A stretch of 38,216 nucleotides of DNA, taken from positions 1 through 38,216 of the forward strand of contig CAZOKM010000004.1 in NCBI GenBank assembly GCA_964580405.1, given 5' to 3'. The stretch is from an uncultured Candidatus Bathyarchaeia archaeon (lineage in GTDB: Archaea > Thermoproteota > Bathyarchaeia > Bathyarchaeales > DTEX01). The notes beneath the pieces are model-generated. The model was not told the origin of the DNA, ran no database searches, and worked only from the letters and a program-made list of their open reading frames with translations. Both the position numbers and the translations under genes were made by a program. The first letter of the stretch is position 1. Each line of letters begins with the position of its first letter. Positions 8,512-16,264 of this stretch are shown piece by piece.

Positions 8512-8790
8512 TTAGTCTTCGTGGAGGACTTCGAGTCTTTGGACTGAGGTGAGGTTTATGAAGACTTCGCTTCGGTCCTCGCGGCTTACGACCTGTGGTA
8601 TGGGCTGCGCGATGGTTGACCTGAGGACGGTTGCCTTGCCCTCTGAGAGCCAGAGTCCGGGCGGGTCTCTTGACACTGCGGCTAGGATTCCCTCGTACCC
8701 GTAGGATTGGTCTAGAACAACGTGGATTTTCCGCCCCATGTGGCGTTCAAGCATCAACAAAACTGAGGGCGGAGGCGCATTGCCCGACAT
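8512..8790 (-). CDS. Divergent Sm/LSm-fold protein
   Basis: Sm1-like LERHMGRKIHVVLDQSYGYEGILAAV...LWLSEG and Sm2-like SEVFINLTSVQRLEV. GGTGAAGG SD-like sequence upstream. Confidence 0.7.
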   Translation of the reverse strand: MSGNAPPPSVLLMLERHMGRKIHVVLDQSYGYEGILAAVSRDPPGLWLSEGKATVLRSTIAQPIPQVVSREDRSEVFINLTSVQRLEVLHED

Positions 8791-9018
8791 TAACCTTCAC
8801 CAGAAAAGAGTTATATTGGGATAATAAGGCTTTCTGTTCCTCTTTCGGATAGACTAGAGCAGATTAACGGCTTTTACTATCACAGGAAATGAAGGGTTTT
8901 TACCTTTTTGGACCAAAATCGTTTGCTCAGTTCACTTGTTTGAGCTGAATCGTGTAAAAACCTTAAAGTTTTTGAACAGGTTATCTGCACTATCGTATGA
9001 TGCCTTGGAGACGCCGCG

Positions 9019-10821
9019 TTGCAGAGAGACCACGTTGATAAAGCCGTCAGCCGATATTCGCTGCTTTTCACCCTCCCATCATACGAGAGAATAGTGGCAC
9101 TCCTGTGCGTCCAATGCGTCGCAACAGGCGTTATAGGGCAAATGAGAATCTCGTCTTCACCGCAAAGCATTGCGTGGGGAGCTGCGGTCGGCATAACACT
9201 TTTCGTGGCAAGCTTCGCTGCAGACTACTTGATGGGCAAAATCGTTTTGAAGAACGACTTGATTCTCGGCTTAAGAAGGTGCTCTTTTATTTCTCTAGCT
9301 TCAAACCTGATTGTCACAATGACTGCTTGTGTTGCAGCTTTAACTTCGTTCTGGTTTGGCGACGTTGTCATTTACCCTAAGGTTGTGGCTGTGGGCTTTT
9401 TTATCTCGCTCTCGCTATGCTTCCTCGTTTACTGCGTTCTTTCGTTCATGAGCCCTGCGAGAATTATCCTCGTTGCGACGTTACAGCCAACACTATTTGT
9501 GTTTCTGTTTCTAGCGAGCATTCAACCCTCCGCCATTTTCGAATACTCGCTTTACGTGCTTCTTTCGGGTTTGTTGGCTTACGTCGGTGTAAAAACTTTC
9601 ATCGCTGACATGAACACTTTGCGTTCCAAGTCGCTTGGAGTCCCGTCAGTGAAGCTGTTAAGGGCGTTTCTCGCGAACTGGACCGAGGGGGTCGTGAAGC
9701 CGTTTGAGGACGTTCTTGAGCAAGTCAGCGAAGAAAAAGACGTCATGGCCTCGCTCGTAGCTTTCAGAGCTAAAAGCGGCTTAAAGACCGTGATGGTTGT
9801 CCCGGCCATCCACCCGGGGCCATTCAAGAATATCGGGAGCAGCGAAATTCCAGGCGTGATTCAGGCGGCCTTGGAAAAGAAACTCGGATGCGTCGTGTCT
9901 GTTCCGCATGGCATCTCCGGCCACGAGCTCGATTTAGCTTCCAAAAACCAGAATGCGAAATTTGTGGACAACGTCCTCGAGTCTGTCAGGTTCGAAACCT
10001 TCAGCCCGAAGGCGACACCCTTCAAGACTGCTAAACTAGACGGCGCCACTGCTGGATGCCAGATATTCGGAGAATGCGGGTTGGTCACGCTGACGCTTGC
10101 GCCTGAGACGATGGAAGATTTACCTTTAGAACTTAATGACGCCATTTTGCGGGAGTCCAAAGAAACGGGGCTGTCCTGGGTCGTGGCTATCGACGCCCAC
10201 AACAGCATCCAAGGACTCTTCGACGTCGAGAAAGCCGTTGAGCCTGTGGAAAAAGCAGCCAAGTCAGTTATTGAGCTCACATCCGGCCTTAAGCGGTCAC
10301 GTTTCGAGGTCGGCATCGCGAAGACCGTGCCTGCGGAGTTTAGCGTCGAGGAAGGTATGGGGCCCGGCGGAATAACCGTGACCGTGGTCAGGGTTGGTGG
10401 TCAGACAGCCGCTTACGTCACCATTGACGGCAACAACATGGTGTCCGGCCTGCGGGAAGAGATACTTGAAAGCTTGCGTGAGCTGGGCATAGATGGAGGC
10501 GAGGTTCTCACGACGGACACTCATGTAGTGAACGCTGTGGTCATGAACGAGATGGGGTACAACCCAGTCGGGAAGGCTATGGACCACCAGAGACTCATAA
10601 AAATCGTTAAGCAAACCGCTTCACAGGCTTTGGGGAACCTTGAGACTGCGGAAGCCTCTTGGCAGCGGATTACAGTCCAGAGCGTGAGGGTGATAGGCGA
10701 GAGGCAGATCGACGAGATGTCGCTGATTGTCGACGAGGGGGTGAGAAAGGCGAAAAAGGCCTCAGTCATCGTGTTCCCAGCGTTCGGGTTCGCCTTAATT
10801 GTGTTACTTTCTCTGCTTTAA
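9019..10821 (+). CDS. DUF2070 family membrane protein (predicted neutral-ceramidase-superfamily hydrolase)
   Basis: N-terminal TM helices, then IHPGPFKNIGSS, PHG..HELD, IDAHN, DGNN and TTDTH motifs, with a C-terminal TM. Confidence 0.92.
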   Translation: MQRDHVDKAVSRYSLLFTLPSYERIVALLCVQCVATGVIGQMRISSSPQSIAWGAAVGITLFVASFAADYLMGKIVLKNDLILGLRRCSFISLASNLIVTMTACVAALTSFWFGDVVIYPKVVAVGFFISLSLCFLVYCVLSFMSPARIILVATLQPTLFVFLFLASIQPSAIFEYSLYVLLSGLLAYVGVKTFIADMNTLRSKSLGVPSVKLLRAFLANWTEGVVKPFEDVLEQVSEEKDVMASLVAFRAKSGLKTVMVVPAIHPGPFKNIGSSEIPGVIQAALEKKLGCVVSVPHGISGHELDLASKNQNAKFVDNVLESVRFETFSPKATPFKTAKLDGATAGCQIFGECGLVTLTLAPETMEDLPLELNDAILRESKETGLSWVVAIDAHNSIQGLFDVEKAVEPVEKAAKSVIELTSGLKRSRFEVGIAKTVPAEFSVEEGMGPGGITVTVVRVGGQTAAYVTIDGNNMVSGLREEILESLRELGIDGGEVLTTDTHVVNAVVMNEMGYNPVGKAMDHQRLIKIVKQTASQALGNLETAEASWQRITVQSVRVIGERQIDEMSLIVDEGVRKAKKASVIVFPAFGFALIVLLSLL

Positions 10822-10925
10822 TTTCATTTTAAGCCTACAGAAAGACATAAGAAGACCAACGGTGCTGATATGCTAACTACCAACAAACCGGCATACCCAA
10901 CAAACATTAAGGAGGAAAACACGGT

Positions 10926-11333
10926 ATGACTGAAGGAAAAAACGTGAAGAAGACAGAAAAGAAACCTGCGAAAAAACCTGCTGAAAAGCCAGAAGCCAAA
11001 CCAGTCGAAAAGGCAGCTGCCAAGCCGGTTGAGAAACCGGAACCTAAGCCTGCAGCGAAGTCTGAAGAGAGCTACGTCCTAGTGGGCCAGAAACCAGTGA
11101 TGGCATACGTGGTCGCTTGTCTAACGTCGTTCAACGCCGGCACCAAGAAGGTCGTGGTGAAGGCCAGAGGAAGAGCTATAAGCAGGGCGGTCGACACAGC
11201 GGAGCTTCTACGACGTGTCTTCATGAAGGACGTCGTGATCGAGAACATCGTCATCGGCACAGAGGAACTTTCAAGCCCAGACAGACCGAAATCAAACGTG
11301 TCTTCGATGGAAATAGTGCTGGTCAAGAAGTAA
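10926..11333 (+). CDS. albA: DNA/RNA-binding protein Alba with N-terminal K/P/A/E-rich extension
   Basis: VLVGQKPVMAYV, KARGRAISRAVDTAE, NVSSMEIVL. AAGGAGG SD upstream of ATG 10926. Confidence 0.95.
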   Translation: MTEGKNVKKTEKKPAKKPAEKPEAKPVEKAAAKPVEKPEPKPAAKSEESYVLVGQKPVMAYVVACLTSFNAGTKKVVVKARGRAISRAVDTAELLRRVFMKDVVIENIVIGTEELSSPDRPKSNVSSMEIVLVKK

Positions 11334-11384
11334 GCAAGGTTCAGACAGACAGAAGCTTCACTAGGTTTGCTAGGGAAAGATTTT

Positions 11385-12554
11385 TTATATTCTGTCTATC
11401 CCTGTTCCTGAGCTGGAGGAAAGAGTAAACTTTCCATACGAGCCGTAGTTCACGTAGACACACCGCAACCTAATTTTTTTCCCCATTTCCAAATTTTCAG
11501 CAAGCGCTGCATGTTCCCGCCAAAGAATAACTTTGGCCCTTCCAGTCCCGTCGCCGATTTCGAAAGTGGCAAGCTTGACCTTCTCGTCCTTGGAAGTTGT
11601 CACTTCCCTAGTTTCGGGCTGGGTCACGACGTCTCCCTCAACCGTGACCTTCAAGCCGGGTCTGAGGTTCCGAACCTTGACAGAGTCTGTCGATAAATTC
11701 TCGTAGCCTACGGGCAGCTCCCTCAGAAGGGCAAAGCGGACGGACGAGTCCACGTGCAGCTCCACGCCTCCGGTGAGCGATTCCTTGATTTTCGCCCCGT
11801 AAACCTGCAGTAAACAGCCGCTCTTTACGTCGGTTGAATCCTCAACCTTCGAGCCCCAGAAAACAACCGTCACAATTCCCGTCTCGTCCTGCAACTCAAG
11901 TTTTCTCAGCGTCCCTTCCCTGCCGTCCTCACGGCTGAACGTGGAGGAAGGGTAGACCTCAACCACTCTGCCGATCACGTTCGCTCTCTTGGCGTCCTTT
12001 TTCAGCTCCCCGATTTTCCTGTGAAAATCGGTCAGAAGTGGCAATCCACCTTGGGCGTCATCGGACGAAGCGGCTTCGACGCTTCCTTTCGAGCCGATGC
12101 TCAACTCGAGCCTCCCGTTGTAGCCTGCGCGGACGTAGCCGTGCGTGAACTGGGCAACCCGTCCGAGTAGGTTCGTCGAATCGGCCAAGTCAGCCTTGTC
12201 CCCCCAAACAACGACCCTCAGCTCCCCCGTCTTGTCAGCAATGACAAATTGCTTCATCCTCACTTCTCTTTCGTCCTGACTAGGGAATTTCTGGAGAGGA
12301 CCAACATAGACTACGTGGCCCGTAATCGTGACGTCACCGAGGCCAGAAACCAAGTCCTTGATGGTAATCCCGTGTGCGGATGGGACTTTTGGCTGTTCGA
12401 CGCCGAGCTCCACCGCGACCGCCCGAGCCGCGCTTTCGTGCGTAAGGAAGCCCTTGGCCTCCTCAACCTTCGCCTCAATCATCCCTTGCAACTCCTCGCG
12501 CGTCTTGTCTGGGCGGGAACTGAGAATCTTCTGTACAATATCCTCAAACGGCAT
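11385..12554 (-). CDS. rpa: Replication protein A-like ssDNA-binding protein, three OB folds
   Basis: N-terminal helical domain (A..AVAVELGV), then three repeats of I.DL....V...G.V / D.TG.....W (ADKTGELRVVVWG, QDETGIVTVVFWG, GDGTGRAKVILWR). ATG 12554 preferred over 12596. Confidence 0.88.
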   Translation of the reverse strand: MPFEDIVQKILSSRPDKTREELQGMIEAKVEEAKGFLTHESAARAVAVELGVEQPKVPSAHGITIKDLVSGLGDVTITGHVVYVGPLQKFPSQDEREVRMKQFVIADKTGELRVVVWGDKADLADSTNLLGRVAQFTHGYVRAGYNGRLELSIGSKGSVEAASSDDAQGGLPLLTDFHRKIGELKKDAKRANVIGRVVEVYPSSTFSREDGREGTLRKLELQDETGIVTVVFWGSKVEDSTDVKSGCLLQVYGAKIKESLTGGVELHVDSSVRFALLRELPVGYENLSTDSVKVRNLRPGLKVTVEGDVVTQPETREVTTSKDEKVKLATFEIGDGTGRAKVILWREHAALAENLEMGKKIRLRCVYVNYGSYGKFTLSSSSGTGIDRI

Positions 12555-12692
12555 TGTCGGCACTTCGACCTTTTCAGAAAATTGGCGGAAGGGCATTAAA
12601 GCCTATCTGAAGCGAAACGAATTCCAGTCTTTGCACCTTGGCAGATTTGGTAATCTTACCAAGTACCTCAGACTCTACAAAATTTCATTCAT

Positions 12693-12884
12693 TTACAGGA
12701 ATGCTGAAATCCTGTTTGTGAACTTGAAGAGGTGGCTCGCGACTGCCGCCTTTGTGGAGCTCGAGTTTTCGGTCGCTTCGCCCTTTTCGCCGTAGATCAT
12801 GTACAAGAATATGAGGGAGATGGCGACGAAGGTGAGCCCCATCAGGATCCAGATGATCGTGCTGAAGTATTCCTCGACGGTCAT
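12693..12884 (-). CDS. Small single-TM hypothetical membrane protein
   Basis: 63-aa ATG ORF with one hydrophobic helix (IIWILMGLTFVAISLIFLYMIY), co-oriented with its neighbours. Confidence 0.6.
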   Translation of the reverse strand: MTVEEYFSTIIWILMGLTFVAISLIFLYMIYGEKGEATENSSSTKAAVASHLFKFTNRISAFL

Positions 12885-12923
12885 AGTTCGTCCAGCCTTC
12901 TCTTATTGTGTTTAAGCGGATAT

Positions 12924-13337
12924 TTAAGATGTTACTTCTTTCCACTCCCTCATCAGGACATCGTAAAGTTCGTCGTCGTCCTCGATCCGATCGAACCGCC
13001 CCAAGGACTCAGCAAGCCTCTGGCTGATGAGGTGGTAGCAGAGGAAGGCCTTCCCCTCCATGACGCTGAAGTAGAAGTCGTCGCACGAGCAGTAGCCAGC
13101 AGAGGGCAGAATCAGGTAGTCCCGCTTCCTCCCCACGACAATCCAGACCACGCGCCCACTCGGCCTGAAAACGTACCTCTTCACGCGCGAGTCCTCAACG
13201 GCCTCCCAAGCGTTGCTGAACCGCTGGCCGAAAACCGCCTTTAAAGTAGCCATGTGGTCTTCGGTGAGCTGCCCGTTCGCCTTGGCTTGCTCGCAGACTT
13301 CCTGAAGAGACCGGGTTTCAGCCTTGCCCTTTTCCAT
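12924..13337 (-). CDS. SWIM zinc-finger protein
   Basis: YCSCDDFY...CYHL matches the CxC-xn-CxH SWIM signature, preceded by WIVVG..RDYLI. Confidence 0.88.
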   Translation of the reverse strand: MEKGKAETRSLQEVCEQAKANGQLTEDHMATLKAVFGQRFSNAWEAVEDSRVKRYVFRPSGRVVWIVVGRKRDYLILPSAGYCSCDDFYFSVMEGKAFLCYHLISQRLAESLGRFDRIEDDDELYDVLMREWKEVTS

Positions 13338-13384
13338 ACAGCCTTCACTTTAGTAAAAATGTTGTGGAACCTTAAGCGTTTACC

Positions 13385-14254
13385 TCAACTGAGTCTTCTG
13401 AGCTGCTTAATCGTCCCCAGGAAAGTCCCGTCCAGAAGGTAGGTTTCAGCCTTGTCCAGGTTGACGCTTCCCGAGCGCAGGACGGGGCCGATGAAGCCCT
13501 CGAACTTCTTCCTCTTGGGAATGGAGGAGCCGTTCACAGCCTGCCCGCCGAGGTAATCGTTGAACGAGGGCACAATAACGAACGCCTCAGTCCTGAGATC
13601 TATGCCAAATTTGGTTTTAAGGACAGCTTTAGGCTCCTCGCCCTTCCTGACGCGAACACCATTTCCCTTAAGCACAGACTTCGCCAAGAGAAGAGTGTCG
13701 CACGGCGCGCGGACCCAAACCTGCCTCGTGATTCGGAACCCCATGGGGTCGGAAAAGGCGACGACGGGGTGAACGTGCCCAGCGACCAGCGTGGTGCACC
13801 CGAGCATCTTCACGTCGGGCCAGGTGTGACCGTGGAAAAGCCCCACGCCCCCGATTACGGTTCCGCGCGGCGAAAGGAGCTCCACGGACTCGGGCAGCAG
13901 CGCCTCCAAGTCGCCGTCGTGGTTGCCGGGCACAACCTGCACCCTAGGAACGCTTTTGATGGCCTCCTCGAAGAACCACGGCACGTCCCGCCACTCCTCA
14001 ACGCCGATTTTGGAGACGGTGTGCTTGACGTCGCCGAGGACGACGAGCCGGTCGGGCTTCTCAGAACCGAGGATGCTCTTCAGCTTGTCGAGAAGCCTTC
14101 CGGACTGAGAGGGCACGTGAACCCCCTCTTGGGCCAGCGCGACCTCCCAGCCTATGTGGAGGTCGGAAATCACCATGACCCTCTCCGGACCGTTCCGCAG
14201 CATGAAGGCTGCGTCGGGGCTCAGAAGCGTCGACTGCGTGACCCTCAGCGCCAT
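13385..14254 (-). CDS. Calcineurin-like metallophosphoesterase (COG1407/ICC-like)
   Basis: SDLHIG, LGDVKH, GNHD, HGH, GHVHP and PSFN motifs. Confidence 0.92.
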   Translation of the reverse strand: MALRVTQSTLLSPDAAFMLRNGPERVMVISDLHIGWEVALAQEGVHVPSQSGRLLDKLKSILGSEKPDRLVVLGDVKHTVSKIGVEEWRDVPWFFEEAIKSVPRVQVVPGNHDGDLEALLPESVELLSPRGTVIGGVGLFHGHTWPDVKMLGCTTLVAGHVHPVVAFSDPMGFRITRQVWVRAPCDTLLLAKSVLKGNGVRVRKGEEPKAVLKTKFGIDLRTEAFVIVPSFNDYLGGQAVNGSSIPKRKKFEGFIGPVLRSGSVNLDKAETYLLDGTFLGTIKQLRRLS

Positions 14255-14280
14255 AAACCCTCACGTGAAATCAGCAAATC

Positions 14281-15087
14281 CTAAGTAATATTGGATACGA
14301 GTTCAGCGTAAATGTCTTCGTTCGCCGCAGCCAGCACGGAGAAGCGGTTCAGCTCGCTCAAACGGTAGCCACCGAACCCTCTGCCGTCGGGCTGGACGAA
14401 GATTCCCTCGGCTTCTCTAGTAATCAGCATCGCTGCTGCGAAGTCGACCGTCCGCAGCATCCCCCTCAAGTCCACGTAGGCGTCCAGACGCCCCGAAGCC
14501 ACGTAGCAAATTTCCAACGCCGCAGAGCCGAAGGACCTCACGGTTTTAGCTTTCTGCATGAAAGGAGCTGAAGTCTTCACGGAGTTGGGCGAACGCGAAA
14601 CGTCGACACCAATCACCGCGTCTCTAAGTGAAACAGTGCCAGAAGTTCCGATTACTTTACCATTGCGCCTCGCGCCATTGCCCTTCTCGGCCTCGAACGT
14701 CTCGCCGTCGCACAGATTCATGACCACGGCGGCCTCTATGCAGCCTAGGTCGTCCTTCGGAGCCACAGCCAAAGACGTCGAGACGAAGTTTATGCCCCTC
14801 GTCGCGTTGGTTGTCCCGTCGACGGCGTCGGCGATGAGGAAAAACTCGGGCTTGTCCCCGACTGTTTGGACGCCTCGTTCCTCGCCGATGAAGGTGCAGT
14901 TAATCCTGTGCCTTTCTAGGTAGTGGATTATCGCCTCTTCAGCGGCCTCGTCGACAAGCAACGTCTGGTCCCCGCCGAATCCCTCGCCCACGACCCGCCT
15001 AGAATCACTTGTTCCGAGAAGAGGTTTTACAGCGGAGCGCACTTCCTCTGCGATTTCTCTCAGGCAGTTCACGTCTTCAATGCTCAA
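14281..15087 (-). CDS. Inositol monophosphatase / bifunctional FBPase-IMPase family protein
   Basis: GEE, DAVDGTTN, RSFGSAALEICYVASG.LDAYVD, RTVDFAA. The GTG at 15096 is part of a GGTGA SD, so TTG 15087 is preferred. Confidence 0.92.
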   Translation of the reverse strand: MSIEDVNCLREIAEEVRSAVKPLLGTSDSRRVVGEGFGGDQTLLVDEAAEEAIIHYLERHRINCTFIGEERGVQTVGDKPEFFLIADAVDGTTNATRGINFVSTSLAVAPKDDLGCIEAAVVMNLCDGETFEAEKGNGARRNGKVIGTSGTVSLRDAVIGVDVSRSPNSVKTSAPFMQKAKTVRSFGSAALEICYVASGRLDAYVDLRGMLRTVDFAAAMLITREAEGIFVQPDGRGFGGYRLSELNRFSVLAAANEDIYAELVSNIT

Positions 15088-15229
15088 ATAGTTCACCGAT
15101 TAGACTGTGCACGTCATAATCTGAAGGGATTATGGATTTGCCTACGGACAGTGTTGGAATGGATTGCCTTTGACCGAAGTTAAGTTTAAATGGTCTACGT
15201 GGCTGTGAAGCGCTCTTCGAAGTTTACTC

Positions 15230-15307
15230 TTACTTCTTTTTTACTTCTTTAGCCTTCTTTTCCTTTTTCTTGTAGTAGTAGTGTTTCTTCTTTTTCTCTT
15301 CACTCAA
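15230..15307 (-). CDS. Putative 25-aa lysine-rich peptide (MSEEKKKKHYYYKKKEKKAKEVKKK)
   Basis: TTG...TAA ORF below the ORF-track cutoff. Purine-rich GAGGCGAAGAGGG immediately upstream and an AT-rich TATA-like element at about 15357-15371. Confidence 0.55.
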   Translation of the reverse strand: MSEEKKKKHYYYKKKEKKAKEVKKK

Positions 15308-15419
15308 CGCCCTCTTCGCCTCGCATTTCTTATATCTGATAAATGGGTTGCCTTCCTAATTAACTTTCAAAAATAGCAACCATTTGTTCAGGGACCGAAA
15401 AACCTACGTTTGAATGAAA

Positions 15420-16190
15420 TTAATGCGGATAGAGAAACCTAGGCAAGCACTTTTCGTCATGTACTGGGTCAAAGTCTTCTAGCTCTTTAACCTTAATGGG
15501 AACCGCGATTCGCGAGACCATCCCGTGAAGGCTGAAGGGCAGCCTTATGAGCCTCATGGTGCCAGACGTTACCCATTCGTCTATGCGGAACCCGTCCTTC
15601 TTCAGTTTTTTAGCCATCCTATACCGTTTCTGGTAATTCCAGTCGTAAGCGTCGCTGTCGAGAACGTGTATGTGGAACCCCCGACCGGAATAGACCAGTC
15701 TCATTTTTGAAAAAATCGAGATAAGATTCTCGTAAAGTCTAGCTGCTTCTTCCTTTGCCATTTTGAACTCGGTTTCGCAGAAGCTGAGCCCTTGTCGACG
15801 ATTCATCTTGTCTTCCAACGTCCCGTGAATGGGGCATGTGAGGTTCTCTGGGTCAACGTCGAACGCCAGCTCCTGACCTTGAACTTTGCCTTTTTCGTCA
15901 TAGACGTTTCTGTCGTAGTAAACTGCCTCGGGTGCGAACTCGACAATTTGGCGCCTAACGTCGTTCAGGTTCCTGTATTCGTCGATGAGGATTGTCGTGG
16001 ACTTGTCCTCCGCGTACTCGGGCGGAAAAATCCTCGTGTGCCTACCGATAATCACGGCGAAAACCACGTTCTTTATTCGTGCCCCAAACCATTCGTTGAC
16101 CTTAGATAAGTCAAACTCGTCCTCGTAGAACAGCCGCCTCTCCTCCAAGGTTGAGTACCGCATTCCCCGCGGCAGCTGATACCTCACCAT
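15420..16190 (-). CDS. Stand-alone archaeo-eukaryotic primase small-subunit-like (PriS-like) protein
   Basis: AEP motif I ELAFDVD, motif II YSGRGFHIHV, and RLIRLPFSLH. Possible Zn ligands CPIH...C. Confidence 0.85.
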   Translation of the reverse strand: MVRYQLPRGMRYSTLEERRLFYEDEFDLSKVNEWFGARIKNVVFAVIIGRHTRIFPPEYAEDKSTTILIDEYRNLNDVRRQIVEFAPEAVYYDRNVYDEKGKVQGQELAFDVDPENLTCPIHGTLEDKMNRRQGLSFCETEFKMAKEEAARLYENLISIFSKMRLVYSGRGFHIHVLDSDAYDWNYQKRYRMAKKLKKDGFRIDEWVTSGTMRLIRLPFSLHGMVSRIAVPIKVKELEDFDPVHDEKCLPRFLYPH

Positions 16191-16264
16191 TCGTTCACTT
16201 CTTCCCTTTAGCAGACCGTCCTGATAGCATTGTAAAAGACTGGAAAAGGATTACGTGGAGGTTC

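Noticed and set aside
8878-8897. ORB-like sequence TATCACAGGAAATGAAGGGT (replication origin)
   Set aside because: Single imperfect copy with no inverted partner and no cdc6/orc1 nearby. A similar GGAAATGAAGG at about 20188-20198 is simply upstream of a TATA box, so a promoter BRE context explains it.
15230-15307. Ribosomal protein eL41 assignment for the 25-aa peptide
   Set aside because: The length is similar, but it lacks the Arg-rich KW.KKR.RRL signature; kept as an unknown peptide.
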